64,000 bases of DNA from Octopus bimaculoides (lineage: Eukaryota). The DNA lies in the NCBI RefSeq assembly GCF_001194135.2, contig NC_069001.1:25644898-25708897 (forward strand), written 5' to 3'. The position numbers were made by a program, and so were the translations under genes. Position 1 is the first letter of the stretch. Each line of letters opens with the position of its first letter. Positions 50,804-64,000 of this stretch are shown here, piece after piece. The notes under the pieces are model-generated. The model saw only the letters and a program-made list of their open reading frames with translations. It did no database searches and was not told the origin of the DNA.

Positions 50804-52625
50804 CTGTACTTTGCAATAGAGTGCCTTAAAACTTGAGTCAAATTTTCTTACTATTACTAAGAGGTCAAGTAACTGCATTCAGACACCCATGGGACGATGA
50901 AAGATAAATAGAGCTGACGTGATATGAACTCACTTTATCTTGACAGAGAGCATGAATAAATAAATGTAATCTATTTTAATTCAGAAGCTCAAATGTCTTT
51001 GCCGCTTTCACCAATCTGAGAATAATCAATAAAATATTCTCATTTCATTTTGATAGTTGTTCCTTTATTTTTTGGTAGGTTTGTATCTTTTATTTTTATT
51101 TTTGTTTCAGGGGTCTGTTTTGTTGTTGTTGTTCTTTTTTTTGCTGTTGTTGTTGTTGTCTTTTTATAGTTTTTGTTTTTGTTTGGAATAAAATATTTAC
51201 TTCCACGTCAAACAAAACCGAAATCAAACCATACAAATATCTATTGATAGGAGCGTGTAAGAAGATGAAGTAGAACATGTAGTGTATGCATAGCAAAGAT
51301 TTTCCCATTGAATAAAGCAGAGATTTTTATGTACTGGAAACAATGGGCTGAAGAGAAAGAAACAGAATTAGCATCATCATTATCTTCATCATTATCATAA
51401 TCGACATCAAGAGCAACAACAATAAAATTTAGGGTACCTAAATAAATAATAAATAGATATACAAAAAAGTTCTGTAAAATTGCAATGAATGTGAAGACCG
51501 TTGTGGTTTGTGAATGCTATAGAGAATTGTATGTATGTATGTATTTGTGCATGCGGGTATATATGAGCGTAGATGTGTGTATGTTTGTATGCAAGTATCT
51601 ATGTATATATGGGCGTAAGTATGCACGTACGGTGAGGGGTATCCTGGTTGTCTTTGTATTTGTCTATTTTCTTAAATCGTTTTTGAAGTGAGTAGTGGTG
51701 ATGGTCGTGGTGGTGATGCGGTTAAGCGATTGTTGTACATTTAGTCTCAATGGTGGAGCTGTTAATGGTGGTGACAGTTGTTGTTGATTTAGTATGTCTA
51801 TTAGTTGTATGTAATAGCATTTTGTGGATATTTGTCTTGCATTGAAGCATTAACAATGACAACATCAGCGATAATAGCAATGCTGTATACGCATTACTCT
51901 TTATATCTGATAATTCCCGTTGAGATGAAATCAAGAAAAAGTAAATTCGTACAGCATTAGCTCTCAATAACATTTATCGTCCCCTGAGCATCTTAATTCG
52001 GTCACTCAACCAGTTAGAACTAGCAACCAAATCTCTCAAATTTTAACGTAGTATACTGAAAAGCGAAAACGGTAGAATTTGTTCCACGTTACATTGTAGG
52101 ACATTCAAGCTACAGAGCTTTCAAATATTTCCAGCTGAGACCATCCCGGCTGTTTTCTGTATTCCCTCTATATGAGGGAATTCCTTGTCCCATATGTCCG
52201 TTGACTTTGAGTGTACGACTAGATATGGAGAAATCTAGTTGCTATATAATTTAGACTCGTCCTATACGATGGTCCGTAGTTCTTCCGCGAGAGTGGTGTC
52301 GTCAAAGCTGTTTGTGTTTTCGCTATTGCTGAAGGCAGTGCTTCGTTATTAGATTATCCGGAGAATGAGACAGTATACTACGTCTCCGCATACCGTCGGA
52401 GAAATGTTACATGGATGATGTTACCATATACCTTAAATTGTCGGAAAGTAACAACCGTAGCGGGTAGGAAATCGCGTAAAGAAGTGAAACTCCGGGAAAC
52501 CGAATGTTCTCGATGTGAACGCTTATGAGAGTCTGAGAATTTAAATACGTCAATAACTACAGAATGAAAATCGTGCAGGTGGAGACCGTGCAGCTGGAGA
52601 ACGAAAGAGGCAAATTGATAGATGG

Positions 52626-52686
<61 letters not shown>

Positions 52687-53349
52687 AAGATAGAAAGATA
52701 AATAGATAGATTGATTGATAGATAGATAGATAGATATACAGGCAGATGAGCAGAGAGAGAAAAAGAAGAGAGAGACTACCTCTACGTCAGAGAACAAATG
52801 TAATTGTGATTGAGTTACTGAGTTACAGTAACCAATCGCGTTTTCTTTTCTTTCGATATACTTTAGTAACTGTTATCTGTGTGGCATCCAAACTCTTCCA
52901 GACATGCAACTAATAGTCCATTATGTTGGCACCTCAGCTGTTTGACGTTCTTTGTAGTAGCTGAAGTCTTAAATGTCTTAAACTTTCAGTTGCAGTTCTT
53001 GCTAAACTGAAGATATAAGTTCACTAGCAGTGATCCACAGCGATGGAGAACTCTTGCATTTCGTGTAAAAGAACATATCTTGCCATTGACGTTTCATGGT
53101 TAAGGGAGAAATGTAAAATGAATATATTAAATTTTTTTGTTTTGTTTTTGATACGTAGTGTACGCAGATTCGTTATGTTGGGTGTAGAATGCTTAGATTT
53201 AGAATGCTTAGAGTGATATGATGGGTTTTATACACCTTCAGCCTTGTCGGCTCTATGGCCAATAAATCGTTTTATATATAAAAGAATCTGATGCATTTCC
53301 GTTTTGTAGCGAATCGACTGTTTGATTATTTATACTTTTACTCTTTTAT

Positions 53350-53408
53350 ACGTTTCAGTCATTTGACTTTGGCCATGCTGGAGCATAGCCTTAAGTTGTT
53401 TTATTTGA

Positions 53409-53457
<49 letters not shown>

Positions 53458-53543
53458 CAATTTTCTTTGTTTCCGTCTACCAAGGCTTTGGTCGGCCCGA
53501 CACTATTGTAGAAGACACTTACCCAAGGTGCCATGCAGTGGGG
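53350..53543 (-). mobile_element. SINE family B, internally shortened copy around (TG)n
   Basis: Tail at 53350-53400 and 5'-half fragment at 53469-53543, both on the reverse strand. Confidence 0.75.
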
Positions 53544-55149
53544 TATTGTTTATATGTTTGGAAAAGCTGTGCCTTGAGAATACCATCATGCCTCTGCCTT
53601 GAAAATATCCCGGAATAAACGCGTAAATAGTCGAGCATTTGCACAAACTCATGTGCTTATAAAGCAATTAACAGGCAGAATCAAATTACTCGTACAGAAC
53701 ACTGGGCATCGATACAGTTTTCATATACCCGCGAAGCATTTAACAATTCGCAGTTTCCGTAGGTGCTACGCTGTGAGATCAACCTGGGCCGTTGTGTTTG
53801 CGAATATATATATAGAGGGTGCGATGAATATTTTGTCATCTATATTACGCAATCATGAACACAACTCTGGCAAAAAACGGCAATGTGGGAATTGCGAAGT
53901 GAAAGCTTGAATGAAACATGATATGACTTGAAACTTGTGAACCATTGGTTGCATTTTGATTTACTCATTTTTCTCTCAGAATCGATTTCTCTTCACAGTT
54001 TCAGCATGAGCGAAATGCCGATGGTTTTGTCTTTTGGGGGATCTGACCCCAAATCGCTACGCTATTTCTTCACTTGCTAGTCTTTGTATCAGTCCTAGAT
54101 ATTCGTGTTTTTTATGCTGATATTACTACTAGTGTTATTAGAGAGTTTCTCTTATCTTAAAGTGTGCTTGATTTGTAGGTTTAGGGTTAAAATAAGTTAC
54201 TGGTCAAACAACGACCTATAGATCCAATATTACGTCTTTTGTAGTTCAAATGTACCAAAAACAAAAGACAGATAGGTGAGGAAACAATAGACAATGTGCA
54301 TTAGTTTGAGGCTCAAGAAAAAATGGGAAAATCTTTGTTTCGAGCCTAAGCTTTTCCACAGAAAGGAATGAGGAAAGATAAGTGAGAGAGGAAAAGAAAA
54401 AGAATACTATTTTGTACATAGTAAGAGAATTTTCTTGCATATTATGCAACATAAAAGTATTTACATGTCCCTATTTCCTTCTCTTCCCTGTTTTATTTAA
54501 TCACATATTTCTTTACTGCCAGCTGGAAAGAAGGTAAGGCACAATTATTGTCAGAGTTGCGTTAGTTGCTTCTTGACGTTCATCATTAGAACAGTGCATC
54601 TCTGAATAACATTTCTTCTCTTAACGAGATTTCTATTCTGCTACATCGGTATAAGTGGTGTGTGCTTAGCTGAAGTATAGATGAAAAGTATATGTAATTT
54701 TGCACTAAAGTACTGTTCTGGCGTATTTAAGATGCAAGCATTCGTTTGTGAACAATTTTACATTAACTTATAGATTATGTCAGGGTAGGATACCCTGATA
54801 TGCAAACCATTCGCTCTGCAATGTAATAGGAAACTATTTATTATTTTTTTTTTATATTCGTGTGGTAGGTCTGTGTGCAACAAGTGTACGTTCGAAATGC
54901 GATATTTTTGTGTATTGTTGGTAGTTTGTTATGATTGATCTTGAGAGCAACGTTGGTTTCATTTAATCAATGGATTGTTTGGGGAGTCAAGCCGGTTTCA
55001 TTCAATCTAAAATGGATCTAATGGATTGTTTCCATTATAAAGGATTCGTTATTTTGCGCTAAATATGACATATGGGGATGCTCTGTGTGAATTTGTTTGT
55101 TGCATCCAGTTTTCTCTCTGACCTCTGTTTATGTGATAAATGTTAAATT

Positions 55150-55550
55150 CTATCTTTTAACTTGTTTCAGTCATTAGACTACAGCCAAGTTCCAGCACAG
55201 ATCTGAAGAATTTTTAGTCGAATGAATCGACTCTAGCATTTCTTGTTTTACTATTTTCCTAACTTTATTCTATCGGAGACTTTTTACTGAACAGTTACGA
55301 CAGGGGATATAAACAAACCCATCAAGCAGTGGTGGTTGTACAAACACAGACACACGCACATGTGCACATAGATAAATACACACACACATATATATATATA
55401 TATATTTATATACACACACGCACACACACACACACACGACAGGATTCTTTCCATCTCAGTCTAAGATATCCCTTCACATTTGGTCGGCAGAAAGCTATAG
55501 CAAAAAACACTGGCAGTGGGATTGAACCCGCAACCATGTAGTAGGTAACC
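55150..55550 (-). mobile_element. SINE family B, diverged
   Basis: Reverse tail gtttcagtcattagac...tttagtcgaatgaatcgac, internal CA/TA repeats and head gattgaacccgcaaccatgt. Confidence 0.75.
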
Positions 55551-58500
55551 AAACGGTATTACTCTGCATAATTTCGACGTGATGTGTTTATGTTCTTATG
55601 AGTTTTCTATGGGAAAACAGATTGTGGATTGGCACCTGCTTTTAGCTGATTTAGTTACAGACATTTATATTTATTTAATTATTTTCTTTTGTGTGCATTT
55701 GATAAAATATTTTAGTATTTGCGCTGGTAGAATGTTAAACAGATCCTTGCGGTATATTATTGGAAGCAAGTTAATTTGCCGATGTATTGCTCTCGTTCTT
55801 TATTGAGAGACAGTTCTGTAGCAAGCAATTCGTATTTTGTAAGGCTTTCAGCAGCTTTATCTGAAGCCTGTGGCGAAAATCAAGTAAACTATTTGGCTGA
55901 TACCGATAGCATAATTACTGTTAGCTATGGATCTGTCATACTGACGATTGCCTTAGATATAGTAGATTCTGATATTGTGTGACAGAATATTTGTACTCAT
56001 GATAATCCTAAGGTAATAGTGCTAGTGTTGATATCTCTGTTGTAGATGTGGGTGATAACAGCTACAATATAAGGGGTATTTTTTGTACAAATTGTGGTGG
56101 TGGTGGCATCACGCAATTCTCTTTTGCTTTAATTGTACGTTTTTCTCCTCTTATTTTCACTTTTTATTTCAAGCGCGGATAATAGTCATGATGTTAGTTG
56201 TTGCAGTAGTGGTGGTGTTTGCGGTACTATTGATAAATTGAATCGATGTGTGTGGTAGTTATAGCAGTGATAGTTACATATATAGCCATAGTTTTTTAAG
56301 TAGCTGATTCATATGTGTGCGAGATATATTTTTTAAAGTTTTATAAATGGTTTGACTTTTTTTTTTAAAATTCTATTCTGTAAATTAATCAGTTTTATTC
56401 TCTTGCTTTAAAATTGAATTTGAATTTTGCTCCCATTTTGCATTTTCTTTAGTTTTTATATTTCTTCTCTCGTTCTGTCTCTTTATTTCTTGAAGTAAAG
56501 TATAACAATGAAAGTATATGCTACTATCGTAAGTAACTTTCCAAAAACTTTCCTTGGCAGAGAATCAATACACATTGTTTGTTCTTTAACATGTGAATTC
56601 GTTGTACTCAGAGATACATTCACACACATATGAATACACAAACTCGAACACACGTGCATATTTGTATAAGTTTAATGCTGGAATGGAATAATAATGCCTA
56701 TATACATTTCCCAAATTTACAGCATGTGGCATAGATATGCGAAAGGAAGAGGAAAAATAGAGCATTCATGTCGCTTCTATTTTCTCTTGGTGTGGAGAAA
56801 TATACGTATATATTTTTTTCTTTTTGAGCTTAAGATTTTCTGTCAACAAATTTAATGGAAATTGTAGGTTGTGTCATGAATCAAACTGTAACAACTAAAA
56901 GTGCTTAGAGCGAGGTCGACAAATTGAGAGAGATTAGAAAAGACAGGGTTGAGAATATGGGCAAACATGTAAATCAGAATGAAATCAGTTCTATGCAGTT
57001 TCCCATTTCAGACAAACAAAAAGAACTGTCGTAAATCTAAGAAAGAAAGAAAGAATAGAGCATCTAATAGCTAACTTTATAATATATTCGTGTACGAATC
57101 TTTTCTAGCAAGCTGAAATGTCTATGTCTGAGGCACGGGAAAACAACATTTCTCTCGTGATATATATTTACTACTAAGTCAGGGATAATAATGAAAAGCA
57201 CATAACCGTTCTCACCAATTTTTCGTGTGTGTTTGAAACTAAGAAAGCGAGAAAATACGCTGCCCTCAATCTAGAGATCGTGACTGACTGATTGATTAGA
57301 AGAATATCAACTGCAGTGGGTGGATACAAATACCACAAGGTGATCTTGGTACAAGCAATTTAACGTTGCGTACGAGAATAAACTTAACGCATATCAACTG
57401 AAATGTACTTTTATTCTTCTGGATCTGTTCTAGAATGTTCTTCCCTTCGATCCAATTTAGCTACTAGTCTCGTTTTCTATTTTTGGTCAATTTAAACTGT
57501 TTACATTACTACCGGCTTAATCTTCCCCTATATTCTCTAAGATTCGTTGAAGAGAAATTCGAGATAATTCTTAACCATATAGCTGAACGTTGGCTGTATA
57601 TTGGCAACATCTATGAAATGAGGATGAGAGAACATAGTATGATAATATTGATTTAAAATATTCGAATAGGGCCAGCAATTTCAGAAGAATGACTGAATCG
57701 ATTACATGGATCCCAGTGTTCAACTGGTACTTATTTTATCAGCCCTGAAAGGATGAAAGTCAACCTCACCAGGATTTCAACTCAGAACGTGAAGACAGAA
57801 TGCCGCTTAGAAGTATTTTGCTGCTATGCTAGAAGTTCCCCCAGCTGCACACATCTTACTATTATAATATTCGTTTCAAATTATGGCGTCGAGCTGGCTG
57901 AAACGGAGTGAAAACAAGAGGGAAAGTGAGCATTAAGAGAAGGTAATGAAATTTGAGAGAAGGGGAACGAAAGAACGAAGAGTGAGCTCGTATGGAAGAG
58001 TGTGACCACACAGTATACCAGAATTTTTAGAAGTCTGCCTCGCAATCACAAGATAATGAGTGTGAGAACATTCGCTGCAAACTGTCTAGAGTATGCCTAT
58101 CTTCAAACGATGGTTAGTGAATGAAAGTAGATGGCCACAGAATGTGTGGAATACGCTTGTTTGAATATACCAGTAATTTAAATGGTTATCTGTTTTATAG
58201 TGTCACATCGACAACGTCTAAGAATTATATTAGGGATACAACTACACTACCCAAGAGTTTTAGGTTAAGATGAGCCGAGTATTTCTGTTGATCAAAGAAT
58301 TGACAAACGTAGGTAGGAAATTTTAATCTTGCTTCCATTCATTATATGTTCATGCATACAATTTATATGCTGTTCTGTAGTATGGGCGGATATAGAAGCT
58401 TAGAATGTTTTATCGATATTACTGTGATAGCCTTTGTAATTTGTGTAAGTCATGTAGATTATAACACACGTCGCTGTAGATCATTTGCATAGCCCTATCT

Positions 58501-59897
58501 TAGAATTGTAGTTAATTAGCATACTGTTCTCAGATCTCTTCTCCTTTAATAACATCTCTTTACAAGGTGAACTATATATANNNNNNNNNNNNNNNNNNNN
58601 NNNNNNNNNNNNNATATATATAATTATACATTGATAAGCAGTGCCTCTCTGTTTGTGCCAGTAATCTGAATATAGGTAACTATCTCATGTGTATAGTTAA
58701 ACTAAATGTAAGTTTTTCCATCCTGTATATGTAAATATAACCATACATAAATATACGTATAGAATGATTGAATAGTCGTTCACAACGTTACAATAAAATA
58801 TATAGAATATTCTCCATGTTTTCTCCGATTCAACTTTTTTCTTTCTTTGTAGAAGGTGTCCACTCCCCTGCTTTTCTTTTATATATATAAAGAATATAAA
58901 AAGCAATGTTTCCTCTCAGCGTTTAGGCATGAATGTATAACTCAATAATGTAAATGATTTTAACTATACTGTCATAAAATTATCTGAAGCACACTTTAGC
59001 CGACTTTATTCGTATTAACTGCAGCATATATGCATCGTTCTTGCCGATTTTGACATGATAGTTGCAGTCACATTGCAAAACCGATGCTGAAACGTTGACA
59101 GTCATTGTCGTATTCGCAATTTTACCTTGGTTAAACACTAGATATGTACTGTTATTTAATTCCATTTTCATATTCAATAAAAATGTTTTGAGCAAGTCTA
59201 CTTATCTCTTGTTACAGTAAATCTAATAAGATACAGTGAACGTCAGTGTGTTTCTATGGTTATTCGTACAGCGTAGCATCAGTGGAGTTTTACTTTACTT
59301 TTTTTTTTTTTTTTTTTTTTGCTTTCGGTTTAGCACTAGCTTCTCCTGGAATTAAATACCAAAACCTTGAGAACAAGAGAACTAAATAATTACAACGGTG
59401 ATTATTATTATTATTGTTATTATTATTATTATTATTATTTAATTTATTACGTAAGACATTAACCAACTGAGCTATTCTAACAGAAAAAGAAAATTTGGAA
59501 AGACAGACTTGTTTATGTCTTAGTACTCATCATTTCTGAAATATAAAATTGAAATTGAATCGAAAGAACCCGAAGGAAATAACCATCAATTTTTATGTCA
59601 CTGGTAGACTAAAATAATTAGAATTCATAGTTATTGAAGAAATAAAGAGTTGTGGATGGCATCGATTTTGCTTTTCTCCAACTGAATAAATCATTTCGCG
59701 CTGACACTTGCTAACAGGACTGATAAGTGGTTCATTGCAGCTATAGCTAAGCTAAAGTAATATTTCAGCAGATAGCTTAATTCTGCTTTTAACAACTTGT
59801 AGTTGCTTGAGACCTTACTGACAGCTCAGTTTACTATATTTTAACATTTTTAAAGATCACTGACTGCAATAGTTGAAAAGTAATAAAAAACATTATA

Positions 59898-59946
<49 letters not shown>

Positions 59947-59994
59947 GCATTGTATGTATACCTGTCTATCTATCTATCTTATTTCTTTGTTGCC

Positions 59995-60273
59995 CACTAG
60001 GGGCTAGACACAGAGAGGACAAACAAGGACAGACAAAGGGATTAAGTCGATTACATTGACCCCAGTGCGTAACTGATACTTAATTTATTGACCCCGAAAG
60101 GATGAAAGGCAAAGNNNNNNNNNNCCCCAGTGCGTAACTGATACTTAATTTATTGACCCCGAAAGGATGAAAGGCAAAGTCGACCTCGGCGGAATTTGAA
60201 CTCAGAACGTAACAGCAGACGAAATACCAAGTATTTCGCCCAGCGTGCTAACGGTTCTGCCAGCTCGCCGCCT
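59995..60273 (-). mobile_element. tRNA-derived SINE family C (contains a 12-N gap with duplicated overlap)
   Basis: Reverse head aggcggcgagctggcagaa...gttctgagttcaaattccgccgaggtcgactttgcctttcatcc. Older copies occur at about 50260-50380, 57690-57845 and 61150-61310. Confidence 0.85.
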
Positions 60274-60730
60274 TTATTTATCTATCTATCTATACATCTC
60301 TCTATTTTGTTGTAGTATATTTTCGTCTTCATGAGTAAAGACATACTAAAACAAGCCTACAAGATACTCCTGCACTTCCAACGATAAGTCCGTGTCGAGT
60401 AAAATGAAAACAACACTTCAACAATCAATAAATAAGTACCAGCCACTTTTGCTTCAGGTTTTCTTCCTCTCCGAAGGAAGAACATCACAGTTGTACGAAT
60501 GTATATACCTATGCAACACTTACAATAGTAAGCTTTCTGTTTATGCCGACTTATCGGTAGAAAGTAGATATATGCTATTAATTCATAATATTCTTGTACA
60601 CACAGTTTCATATCATGTTTTCTGATTGGTTGACCACTCTTCAGAAGATATATATCCCTAATTTCTCTGCCAAAGACAAGACTAGTTAATAAAAGCCATT
60701 TTTATATGAAATACAAAATATGACTTCCTA

Positions 60731-60776
<46 letters not shown>

Positions 60777-61346
60777 TAATATAGCTTATATTACATTGTC
60801 ACATTGTATCATATGTTATATTATATTACATAACGTTATATCATATTATCCTTTATAATTTTTCTATATATTGAAATGTTACTTATCGTCGGACACCACA
60901 ACATGTCTCGAACTGAATGGCTGTATAATACAGTAAATATCATTTGGCGTTTTCACCAATCATGGAGCTCCGCTAAGCCAGAATTAACAAATGTTCATTG
61001 CAATTTGAATCCCTTTGATCAGGGTTTTGTTGTTTTCTAACAACCCTGTTAGATATGCTTAACGAGAGCGTTATCCACCGTGACAGGCGATATAGGGGGT
61101 AAAAGAATATAATTTTGAGACTCATAGAAATATCACCAATCTTTTCTACTTTCGATACAAGCCTGAAACTTTTGCAGGCGGTGTCATTCGATTACATCGA
61201 TCCCAGTATTTAAATGGTATTCATTTTATGAATCTCAAAAACATAGAAAGCTAAATGTACTTTAAAGGCTGCTCAACAAAGAACGCAAAACCGAAAAGCA
61301 TACTGCAAAGTGGAAACAATTCTACTAACAAGCTTCTTTAGTAATA

Positions 61347-62667
61347 CGAGTGGGTACCCCAAAGTAACCGCAAACCTTTTCTGTGGGAAAAGCTCATTGT
61401 ACTTCAGGCTTCCGCCGTTATAAGCGACTTGATGTGAACATCAGGCTTCAGTCTACCAACTGGCGTTTTCTTTTTATCCCGTACTTCCATGTGGTGCGTC
61501 TTTGATTTGTAGTGCTTCTCTCCTATTTGTAGATTTTTACGGTGGCTGAAACGAAGGAACAGCGTGCTCCATCAAATTCTGTTTTCTTCTGGGACAACGG
61601 CGGCCGAAATAGTTGTCATGCCTCAAACAGCTTACAAGGATGCCACCATGAGCAAATCACAGGTTTACGAGTAGTTTTCGCGCTTTAATAACGTTCACTT
61701 GTCGCTTTATGATTAACCTCGTTCAGAGCGATCTGAACAGACGAAAGCATCACGAAAATTCATGCAATGATCTTAGAGGACAGTCACCGAACAATTAACG
61801 ATCTTGTTGATATGCCAAGTTCGTCCTCGGGCTCCTGCAGCCGACTTTTGAGAGAGGAATTGCGAATGAAAAGAGTTGCAGCAAAATTTGTGCCTCGCTT
61901 GCTCACGGAAGAACAAAAGCAGTCACAACCGAATGCTGGTCGTGAAATGAAAGAACAGTTGGAATTTGATTCAGACCTTTTTTCGGAATTCATCACTGGT
62001 GATGCAAGCTGGTGCTTCTGCCACGAGCCAGAAACGAAGCAGTAATGAAGTCTATTGAAGCATTCGATTTCATCATGTTCCCCAAAAGTGTGTCCAGTGA
62101 AGTTCAGGGCCGAGATGATGCTGATTTGTTTCATCGATGCGAAAGGATTTGTCCACACAGAATCCGTTTGTCCTGGTCAAACTGTTAACCTGACATTTTA
62201 CATGGCAGTTCTGAAGCATTTACGAAATGCGTTGAGTCGAAAACGCCCCGACCTGTGTCTAAGTGGAGACGGGTAGTTTCATCACAACAATGCACCTCTG
62301 CACAACGAATTGAATGTGAAACAGTTTTTGACTAAAATATGGTATGACACCACTTACCTACCCTCCCTATTCACCTGACTTTGCTCCCTGTAACAGGTTT
62401 TGTTCTCCCGAATCAAAAAAAAAAAAACTCCTTACAAGAAAACGTTTTGCAGATGTAGAAACTGTGAAGAAAAAAAGAAACGACGGAGGCGTTATAAGAC
62501 ATTACTTCGCAAGATTTCCAAGACTGCTTCGAAGAGTGGAAAACGTGTCTGGACTGGTAAGTGGCTGCAGAAGGAGAATACTTTGAAGGTAGTAGAAGTA
62601 TTAACATGTAAAAGTAAATGAATAAAGGAATATTGCGAAATTCCTGTTTCTTTTGGGTACACCTACG
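61347..62667 (+). mobile_element. Near full-length (1321 bp) mariner element with degenerate TIRs and TA duplication; transposase inactivated
   Basis: Left ta|cgagtgggtaccccaaagtaaccg and right (reverse) ta|cgtaggtgtacccaaaagaaacag. Motifs AAKFVPRLL, FITGDASW, HHNNAP and YPPYSPDFAP are present with stops and frameshifts. Confidence 0.92.
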
Positions 62668-63886
62668 TATAAGATAAAGCTACATTGATATAATGAAAAT
62701 AATTGATATAATGAATATAATCCCATTTCATTTATAATTCCTATTAATTAATCAAAATGCCGATATGAATATTACTTCTCAAGATACGTTTATGAGATTA
62801 GATGATTGAGTTTTTGCACAGTGATAAAAGTATTTTCAGAGCATTAAATTTCAGTGTTTATGTGACAGCCAATAAAGTTTGGAGTTATCTCCCTTAGCAT
62901 GCCTTGTCACGACAGGGATATTTAGATTTGCATGCAATCGAAATTCGCTTTTTCCCACCACACGGCTGTCATCAACCAAAATATGTCGTGTTGGAGAAAC
63001 ACGAACTGGTAGATCTATGATTGTAAAACATTCAGTTATTGTAGTCTTATTCGCTTTATGGCATCTATGACTGCATTACACTCAACATCAGTTCTCATTT
63101 TTGTTTTATTGTATCTTATAAATTGGAGAATATGTGGCTGCTATATCTAGCTGGTCAAACGACGCTGAACAGTTTACGTGTTTTTGAACTATTCTATCCG
63201 AACAGCATTTACGTCATTTTTCTTTAGACATAATATTAACTCATTATAATGTGACAGTCGAGAGCAAAATATGTAAAATGGCAGGATTAACTATAAGGTA
63301 TGTTACGTTGTGTCCAATTATCGCTGGTGCCGATATTAAATTTCATCTTCTCGTGATCAGTACAATTATTACTACAAAAAAACAAAACAAAAAAAAGTAT
63401 TCTGTGATACATAGATTTTACCGTATCCCCACTTACTCTGCGGCATCATGCCGTTAGTAAGGTAAAGGCTTTCTTGTAAGACCACTTCTTGGGCCTGAGG
63501 TTAGCTACTAATATCGGTTATTTCGTTGATCGAACAATTGGAAACTCGTCGTCGAGATCAACTGGTATCCATTCAGTTTGAGTTACATGTAAAAGCTATT
63601 TTTACTGCTGAACAAACACTATGCAAAGTCTGATCGAGGTGACATTTCATGAAATGACGACTTCCGGTCGAGGAAATCCATTGCATTGCCATATATAATC
63701 TTAAGCTTCGCTGTTAGGCGCGTATGACCGGGCAGTTATTTGGCTGCCACTTCAAGCAAATTCCGGATCCACATAAGAGGATTATCGCTCTACATCTGTC
63801 GTGATATATTTACGTTAAAAAAGTCATGTACAAGAGTTTCTAATGGACCCAAACGTGGAAAGAACGGAAAGAGAAGGAATACTTAC

Positions 63887-63956
63887 CCCACCACATATTA
63901 CAGTCTGTCTGACAGTTTTCCGACTTTTTTTTCGTCTGGGGTTCCAAGTGCGTCAC
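63887..63956 (-). other. Candidate 70-nt exon of a host transcript, possibly containing a start codon
   Basis: Branch-point-like TACTAAT (63987-63981), pyrimidine-rich tract, TAG acceptor and consensus donor GGG|GTAAGT. ATG TGG TGG G occupies the last 10 nt. Confidence 0.4.
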
Positions 63957-64000
63957 CTAGTGGCCAAGAAGCAAACACGAATTAGTAAAACATGTTGCTT

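Noticed and set aside
52400-52460. YMDD motif on the plus strand, and an open 162-nt minus-strand exon-like segment (about 52433-52594)
   Set aside because: No flanking RT motifs accompany the YMDD. The exon-like segment has no recognisable product and its phase does not fit the proposed chain.
60060-60180. Apparent 55-bp direct repeat inside a SINE
   Set aside because: The two copies are identical and flank a 12-N gap, the signature of an unmerged contig overlap.

Overview
AT-rich eukaryotic genomic scaffold with 13 N-gaps, most abutting microsatellites. The SINE families and repeat landscape match my recollection of octopod (Octopus-like) DNA; this is an inference, not a database result. 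No intact protein-coding gene, true tRNA/rRNA gene or CRISPR array is supported, and most ORF-track entries are translations of microsatellites or gaps. The window is dominated by decayed mobile elements: at least seven R4/Dong-like (RT + restriction-like endonuclease) LINE pieces mostly ending in (AAT)n, a Tx1/L1-like LINE piece with permuted domain order, an RTE fragment, a Penelope-like element (RT + GIY-YIG), four mariner copies (one near full length with TIRs), two pogo-superfamily transposase relics and many tRNA-derived SINEs from about four families. The features least explained by these are: a dense array of about 10 sequence-unrelated short hairpins at 11.3-11.8 kb; two copies of a minimal, dimer-type hammerhead ribozyme motif with a non-canonical CUGUUGA core; an 86-bp-arm near-perfect inverted repeat at 1.8-2.0 kb; a twin-priming-like inversion in an RLE-type LINE; and splice signals hinting at a minus-strand host transcript with long introns.
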